Positions 43,278-48,642 of a DNA stretch of 48,642 bases are shown one piece after another. A program made the translations under genes and the position numbers. The notes beneath the pieces are model-generated. The model searched no databases and had not been told where the DNA came from. It was given only the letters and a program-made list of their open reading frames with translations. Within the stretch, counting starts at the first letter, position 1. Each line of letters opens with the position of its first letter. The DNA comes from Acidobacteriota bacterium (lineage in GTDB: Bacteria; Acidobacteriota; Polarisedimenticolia; Gp22-AA2): positions 1 to 48,642 of the forward strand of contig JANNTZ010000269.1 of assembly GCA_031394595.1 (NCBI GenBank), read 5' to 3'.

Positions 43278-43307
43278 ACTTTACACTACTGACCGACCGG
43301 TCGGCAA
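43278..43307 (-). promoter_or_regulatory. Putative leu/ilv promoter TTGCCG-N18-TAAAGT containing a perfect 12-bp palindrome
   Basis: ccgaccggtcgg at 43293-43304 overlaps the -35 and spacer. Confidence 0.45.
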
Positions 43308-43405
43308 GTGGGGTCGGATCCACCCCGACGACGACCCCACGGTCCACATGGCGATACGCCTGGAGAGGCAGTTGTTCCGCAGGCTGCGGCAAGAACGGAC
43401 GGAAG

Positions 43406-43434
43406 TTGACAGAGCGTGGATCGCGTGGTACGTT
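43406..43434 (+). promoter_or_regulatory. Sigma70 promoter TTGACA-N17-TACGTT (extended -10) for the riboswitch operon
   Basis: Perfect -35, 17-nt spacer, TGn before the -10. Confidence 0.7.
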
Positions 43435-43485
43435 GCCGGTGTTGCTTCATGGAGGTGCCCCGAACTTTTAGACATCGACAGCGTC

Positions 43486-43600
43486 CCATCTTATCGAGAG
43501 TGGGGGAGGGACAGGCCCGACGATCCCACGGCAACCGCTCCGGAATACCAGGAGGCCGGTGCCAAGTCCTGCGGGGTTTTTGGCCCCGAAAGATGAGGGA
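43486..43600 (+). ncRNA. SAM-I (S-box) riboswitch
   Basis: Hallmark motifs CTTATCGAGAG..GGAGGGAC.GGCCC.ACGA..CC..GGCAACC...GGTGCCAA.TCC...GAAAGATGAG. Confidence 0.95.
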
Positions 43601-43628
43601 CGGAACGCGAAGACGAATGCTCCCCCGC

Positions 43629-43658
43629 AAACCTCTTCGACGTCTCGAAGAGGTTTTT
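43629..43658 (+). terminator. Riboswitch expression-platform terminator
   Basis: aaacctcttcga-cgtc-tcgaagaggttt-tt: perfect stem with U tract. Confidence 0.85.
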
Positions 43659-43692
43659 CCATTTCAGGGGCACGCGGGGAGAGGAACGGCGC

Positions 43693-44799
43693 ATGACCAA
43701 CGACGACAAGGACAGGCAGCCGGGGCCCGGGACAGGCGGCGGGACGACCGGCGCCCCCGCCGGGGCGGCGACCGGCGGGATCCCGGCCCGCTACTCGCGC
43801 CAGGTCCTGTTCGAGGGGATCGGTGCGGAGGGCCAGACCCGCCTGATGGCGGCGCGTGTGGCGCTGGTCGGTTGCGGTGCCCTCGGCACCGTGCAGGCGT
43901 CGCTCCTGGCGCGCGCCGGGGTCGGGACGCTGCGGATCATCGATCGTGATTTCGTGGAGGAGTCCAACCTCCAGCGTCAGATCCTGTTCGACGAGGACGA
44001 CGTCCGATCGCTCCTCCCCAAGGCGGTGGCCGCCGAAAAGAAACTGCGCGCCGTCAATTCGCTGATCCGGGTCGATGGGATCGTCGACGACCTCAACCCG
44101 GGGAGCGTCCGGCGGCTGCTCGACGGGTTCGACCTGGTCCTCGATGCCACCGACAACTTCGACGCCCGTTTCCTGATCAACGACTACTGCGTGCAGACCG
44201 GGACCCCATGGGTCTACGGCGCCTGCGTCGGCTCGTACGGTCTGTCGTTCCCGGTCATCCCGGGTGACACCGCCTGCCTGCGCTGCGTCTTCGAGACGGC
44301 GCCGCCGCCCGGACTCTCCCCATCCTGCGACACCGCCGGAGTCCTCGGTCCGATCGTCGCCATCATCGCCTCTCTTCAATGCGCCGAGGCGCTCAAGATC
44401 CTGACGGGACGGCGCGAACGTCTCAGCCGGAAGATGAACGTCGTGGACGTTTGGGAGGGACGATATAACATGATCGACCTGCCGCCGCGCGACCCCGGCT
44501 GCCTGTGCTGCGGCAAGCGCGAGTTCTCCTGGCTCGACGGCGCGGCCGGGGCCGACTCGGCGAACCTGTGCGGCCGGAACTCGGTGCAGATCCGGCGCCG
44601 CGATGGCGTCCGGCTCGATCTCGACGAAGTGGCCCGCCGACTGCGACCGCTCGGGAATCTGGAACAGAACAAGTTTCTCCTGCGCGCCCGCATCGATCGT
44701 TTCGAATTGACCGTGTTCGCCGACGGCCGGACCATCGTCGGTGGGACGACCGACGCGGCGGTGGCGCGATCCCTGTACTCGCGTTACGTGGGGAATTGA
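43693..44799 (+). CDS. ThiF/MoeB-family sulfur-carrier adenylyltransferase
   Basis: RYSRQ, GCGALG, DRDFVEESNLQRQ, DATDNF, CLRC, SCDTAGVL, CLCC; no rhodanese domain. Confidence 0.92.
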   Translation: MTNDDKDRQPGPGTGGGTTGAPAGAATGGIPARYSRQVLFEGIGAEGQTRLMAARVALVGCGALGTVQASLLARAGVGTLRIIDRDFVEESNLQRQILFDEDDVRSLLPKAVAAEKKLRAVNSLIRVDGIVDDLNPGSVRRLLDGFDLVLDATDNFDARFLINDYCVQTGTPWVYGACVGSYGLSFPVIPGDTACLRCVFETAPPPGLSPSCDTAGVLGPIVAIIASLQCAEALKILTGRRERLSRKMNVVDVWEGRYNMIDLPPRDPGCLCCGKREFSWLDGAAGADSANLCGRNSVQIRRRDGVRLDLDEVARRLRPLGNLEQNKFLLRARIDRFELTVFADGRTIVGGTTDAAVARSLYSRYVGN

Positions 44800-44839
44800 C
44801 CATGACTCGCCGGGGCGACCGCGAACGGGGGATGGCGCG

Positions 44840-45997
44840 ATGATTTATCTCGACAACGCCGCCACCACCTTCCCCAAGCCGGAGGGGGTTTACCGCGAGA
44901 TGGACCAGTTCGCGCGGAACTCCGCCGCCAACCCGGGGCGCGGCGGGCACCGACGCGCCGTCGAGGCGGAGGCGATGATCGAGGAGACCCGCCGGCTCCT
45001 GGCGCGTCTGTTCAATGCGCCGCGGGCGGAACGGATCGTCTTCGGTCACAACGCCACCGACGGTCTGAACATGGCAATCAAAGGCGTGCTGCGCCCCGGC
45101 GACCACGCCATCACTTCGGTCCTCGAGCACAACTCGGTGTCGCGGCCGCTCAATCGCATGGAGAAGGAAGGCGCCATCACCCTGACCCGCCTGCCGGCGT
45201 CCGCCGATCACCTCATCGACCCGGATGCCGTGACTCGCGCCTGGACATCGAAGACCCGGCTGGTCGCCATCACCCATGCCTCCAACGTGACCGGCACCAT
45301 CCAGCCGGTGGCGGAGATCGGCCGGATCGCCCGCGAACGGGACGGCCTGCTGCTGGTGGACGCCGCCCAGAGCGCCGGGGTGGTGCCGATCGATCTCCAG
45401 AAGGACTCGATCGACCTGCTCGCCTTCACCGGCCACAAGGGACTCCTCGGACCCACCGGTGTCGGCGGCCTGTTCGTCGGCGAGCGCGCCGAGGTCCGGT
45501 GCTGGCGCGAGGGGGGCACCGGCGGCGACTCGACCCGGCCGGTCCAGCCGGAGGAGTTCCCGCATCATCTCGAAGGCGGCACCCCGAACGTCATCGGTCT
45601 CGCCGGCCTGCGCGCCGGCCTGCGCCTGGTCCTCGAGCGCGGCGTGGACAGCATCCTGACGCACGAGCGCGCCATGCTGCGCGAGTTCCAGCAGGCGATC
45701 CGGCGACCCGACCGACTGTCGTGGTACGGCGCCGACCGGGTGATCGCCGGCAAGGACGGCGAGGGCAGGGTCGGCCTGCTCGGCCTCAACGTGACGGGGT
45801 TCGCCCCGGCCGAGGTCGGCGCCATCCTGGACGAGCGGCACGACATCGCGGTGCGACCGGGGTTGCATTGCGCCCCTTATGCCCATCGGCATCTCGGGAC
45901 CTTCCCCCAGGGGACCGTGAGGCTGAGCGTCGGGATTGACACGACCGCGGAACAGATGCGTCAGGCGGCAGCCGCCTTCGACGAGCTGACCGCCTGA
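44840..45997 (+). CDS. Cysteine desulfurase-family (class V PLP) enzyme
   Basis: IYLDNAATTFPKP, EHNSV, HASNVTG, DAAQ, FTGHKGL, EGGTPN, RPGLHCAP (catalytic Cys). Confidence 0.92.
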   Translation: MIYLDNAATTFPKPEGVYREMDQFARNSAANPGRGGHRRAVEAEAMIEETRRLLARLFNAPRAERIVFGHNATDGLNMAIKGVLRPGDHAITSVLEHNSVSRPLNRMEKEGAITLTRLPASADHLIDPDAVTRAWTSKTRLVAITHASNVTGTIQPVAEIGRIARERDGLLLVDAAQSAGVVPIDLQKDSIDLLAFTGHKGLLGPTGVGGLFVGERAEVRCWREGGTGGDSTRPVQPEEFPHHLEGGTPNVIGLAGLRAGLRLVLERGVDSILTHERAMLREFQQAIRRPDRLSWYGADRVIAGKDGEGRVGLLGLNVTGFAPAEVGAILDERHDIAVRPGLHCAPYAHRHLGTFPQGTVRLSVGIDTTAEQMRQAAAAFDELTA

Positions 45998-46070
45998 GAC
46001 GAACACCAACAACGCCGCGGCGCCCACCCCCCACCGGCGCCCGGCTTTTCCGGGAAAGGATGGTCGAGTC

Positions 46071-47414
46071 ATGGGTTTCGTTCTCGGTATGAAGTGCCGC
46101 GAGTGCGGGGCGCACCTGCCGGTGGCCCCGCGGGCGATCTGCGAGGAGTGCTTCGGCCCTCTCGAGATCGTCTACGACTACGACGCCATAAGCCGGCGCG
46201 TCGATCGCGACGCGCTGGTGGCGCGTGGCCGCTCGATGTGGCGCTACCGGGAACTCCTGCCGGCCGGCGACGAAACGATCCTCGGCGCGGAAGTCGGCTT
46301 CACGCCGCTGGTGCGCGCCGACCGTCTGGCCACACGTCTCGGGGCGCGCGAGGTCTACGTCAAGAACGACGCGGTAAACTTCCCCACCCTGTCGTTCAAG
46401 GACCGGGTGGTGTCGGTCGCCCTCACCAAGGCGCGCGAGTTCGGCATGACCACGGTCGGCTGCGCCTCGACCGGCAACCTGGCCAACTCGGTCGCTGCCC
46501 AGGGGACCCGGCACGGATTCGAGACGGCGATCCTGGTCCCGGAGGACCTGGAGCCGGCCAAGATCCTCGGCACCACGGTCTACGGTGCGCGGCTGTTCGG
46601 CATCCGGGGCGACTACGACCAGGTCAACCGGCTGTGCAGCCAAATCGCCGACCGGTTCGGCTGGGGGATCGTCAATGTCAACCTGCGGCCGTTCTACGGC
46701 GAGGGGTCGAAGACGGTCGGCTACGAGATTGCCGAGCAGCTCGGCTGGCGCACCCCGGCGCACGTCGTCTGCTGCATGGCTGGCGGATCGCTGATCACCA
46801 AGATCGCCAAGGCGTTCCAGGAACTGCAGACACTCGGCTGGATCGGCGCCCACCCGGTCCGCTTCCACGGCGCCCAGGCGGCCGGCTGCAACCCGATCGT
46901 CACGGCGGTGAAGGATGGCAGCGGCGAGATCCGCCCCGTCAAGGCGCGCACCATTGCCCGATCGCTCGCCATCGGCAACCCGGCCGACGGCTACTACGCC
47001 GCCCGGGTGATCCGCGACAGCGGCGGTGCCGCCGAGGACGTCACCGACACCGAGATCGTCGAGGGGATCCGCCTGCTGGCGGAGACCGAGGGGATCTTCG
47101 CCGAAACCGCCGGCGGGGTGACCATCGCCGTCGCCCGCAAGCTGATCCAGCAGGGGATCATCCCGCGTCACGATCCGATCGTCCTGGTGGTCACCGGCAA
47201 CGGCCTGAAGACCACCGAGGCGCTGGCCGCCACCGCCGCCGCCTACCCGGTCATCGACCCACGCCTCGACCAGTTCGAACAGGCGGTCGCGACCATGGCA
47301 ACCGGATCGCGGCCTATGGCCGCCGCCACGCCGACCACCATTCGCCCATTGTCACCTTCATCCGGGCCGTCCGTCGTCGGGGTCGTCCCCGCCGCCGCGC
47401 GGCCATCCCACTGA
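46071..47414 (+). CDS. Threonine-synthase-like fold type II PLP enzyme, probably a sulfhydrylase
   Basis: Zn ribbon CRECG..CEECFGPL, PTLSFKDR, CASTGN, EGSKT, LAIGNP.DG, TGNGLK. Confidence 0.88.
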   Translation: MGFVLGMKCRECGAHLPVAPRAICEECFGPLEIVYDYDAISRRVDRDALVARGRSMWRYRELLPAGDETILGAEVGFTPLVRADRLATRLGAREVYVKNDAVNFPTLSFKDRVVSVALTKAREFGMTTVGCASTGNLANSVAAQGTRHGFETAILVPEDLEPAKILGTTVYGARLFGIRGDYDQVNRLCSQIADRFGWGIVNVNLRPFYGEGSKTVGYEIAEQLGWRTPAHVVCCMAGGSLITKIAKAFQELQTLGWIGAHPVRFHGAQAAGCNPIVTAVKDGSGEIRPVKARTIARSLAIGNPADGYYAARVIRDSGGAAEDVTDTEIVEGIRLLAETEGIFAETAGGVTIAVARKLIQQGIIPRHDPIVLVVTGNGLKTTEALAATAAAYPVIDPRLDQFEQAVATMATGSRPMAAATPTTIRPLSPSSGPSVVGVVPAAARPSH

Positions 47415-47424
47415 GGAGGCATTC

Positions 47425-47700
47425 ATGGCCATCCAGGTCCGTATTCCATCCGTCCTGAGGCGCCAGACCAACGGCGACGAATCGGTTGCACTCGAAGGTC
47501 AGACCCTGTCCGACATCCTCGACGGTCTCGAGGATCGCTATGCCGGGCTGAAGGGGAAGCTGCGCGGCCCCGAGGGCGATCTCCGCCGCTTCGTCAACAT
47601 CTACATCAACGACAACGACGTCCGCCTGCTCTCCGGCCCGACTACGCCGGTCAGCGACGGTGACGAGGTGACCATCATCCCGGCGGTCGCGGGCGGATAG
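47425..47700 (+). CDS. MoaD/ThiS/CysO-like ubiquitin-fold sulfur carrier protein
   Basis: RBS gaggagg; VRIP..LR, RRFVNIYIN, C-terminal PAVAGG. Confidence 0.93.
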   Translation: MAIQVRIPSVLRRQTNGDESVALEGQTLSDILDGLEDRYAGLKGKLRGPEGDLRRFVNIYINDNDVRLLSGPTTPVSDGDEVTIIPAVAGG

Positions 47701-47712
47701 CCGGACAGGCTC

Positions 47713-48642
47713 CTAGTCGTCTTTCGGGGTCCTCGCCTCATCCGCGGCGGGATCGGCCGTGGTCGTCTCGGTGCCCGCCGCCGTTTCCGGCTCATCGCCA
47801 CGGGGGCCGAGGCTGCGCAGGTACTCCGCCAGGAGTCCCTGGTCGCGCGACGGCATGTCGATGACCCGGATCGCCGCCTCGTACCGGCCATTCCCCCGAT
47901 CCTCGACCCGGATGACCCGCCCCGACGAGGCGATCGTCCGGCCACCCGGGAGCGCGATGTTGATGTCGATGAGCGACCCCACCGGCAGGGTTCGCTCGGC
48001 CAGGAACAGCAGGCCCCCCTCGCTGAGGTTGAGGGTGGTCAGCGGATGCTGCTCGGTCGCCAGGAGGCAGAACCGGCCGTCGAGTTTCGCGTCGATCCGG
48101 CGGTACGACCGGCGGTTCTGGCCGTACAGGTGCACCTGGTTCTTGCCATGACTCTTGGCGACGTAGAGGGCCGCGTCGGCGCACCGCACCAGGCCGCCGG
48201 GATCGCGCGCGTCGGCCGGGCAGGTCGCCACTCCCATACTGACCGTGATCAAGGCGCCGGGCCGCCCGTCCTCGAGCGGGAAGAGGTGCCGCTCGACGCA
48301 TTCGCGGATCCGCTCCGCCACTTGGTGCGCGCCGGTCTTGCTGGTCGCCGGCAGGATGAGGGCGAACTCCTCGCCGCCGTACCGCGCCGCGACGTCCATC
48401 TTCCGGAGCGAGTCGGTCAGCAGCCGGGACACGATCGCCAGCGCCTGGCTGCCCGCCTCGTGCCCGTGTGCGTCGTTGTGCTGCTTGAAGTCATCGAGAT
48501 CGATCATGACCAGCGACATCGGTGGGTGGTAGCGCTGGCTGCGGTGGACTTCACGCGCCAGGTACTCTCGGAAGTAGCGGTAGTTCCACAACCCGGTCAG
48601 GTCATCGCGGTAGGCCGAGGCCCGCGTCTGCTCGAACAGCTT
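47713..48642 (-). CDS. Diguanylate cyclase with C-terminal PilZ domain (5' end outside the window)
   Basis: DDLTGLWN, DLDDFK..ND..GH, RKMD (RxxD) then RYGGEEF; PilZ RRSYRR...NLSEGG. Confidence 0.9.
   Translation of the reverse strand, partial: KLFEQTRASAYRDDLTGLWNYRYFREYLAREVHRSQRYHPPMSLVMIDLDDFKQHNDAHGHEAGSQALAIVSRLLTDSLRKMDVAARYGGEEFALILPATSKTGAHQVAERIRECVERHLFPLEDGRPGALITVSMGVATCPADARDPGGLVRCADAALYVAKSHGKNQVHLYGQNRRSYRRIDAKLDGRFCLLATEQHPLTTLNLSEGGLLFLAERTLPVGSLIDINIALPGGRTIASSGRVIRVEDRGNGRYEAAIRVIDMPSRDQGLLAEYLRSLGPRGDEPETAAGTETTTADPAADEARTPKDD

Noticed and set aside
43115-43280. T-box or leader-peptide attenuator for leuA
   Set aside because: No T-box consensus, Leu/Ile/Val-rich leader or U-tailed terminator seen

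Overview
High-GC bacterial chromosomal window, probably from an Acidobacteriota-type genome (inferred from gene style; not provable here). It is mostly housekeeping. Main blocks: tadA; a small periplasmic redox/lipoprotein block; tRNA-Arg(ACG); a KamA-family radical SAM gene; an arginine operon (argR-C-B-D-G-H-J, minus strand); secreted repeat proteins; a hybrid sensor kinase; a TPR-S41 protease; a fae/pterin-dehydratase pair; a sugar dehydrogenase fusion; an S9 peptidase; a branched-chain amino acid operon (leuA, degenerate leuD with no leuC, leuB, ilvB, ilvN, ilvC, ilvE, frameshifted cimA); and a GGDEF-PilZ gene cut by the window edge. The strongest candidate system is a SAM-I riboswitch-controlled operon (ThiF/MoeB adenylyltransferase, cysteine desulfurase, threonine-synthase-like PLP enzyme, MoaD/CysO-like sulfur carrier). 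It looks like a sulfur-carrier-thiocarboxylate route to homocysteine/methionine. Other notable items: a LeuD lacking its catalytic motif, a 14-aa helical repeat shared by two lipoproteins, a C-terminal-type module shared by two secreted proteins, and a nested domain insertion. No CRISPR array, rRNA or transposase was seen. All family assignments come from motif recognition by eye, not from database searches.
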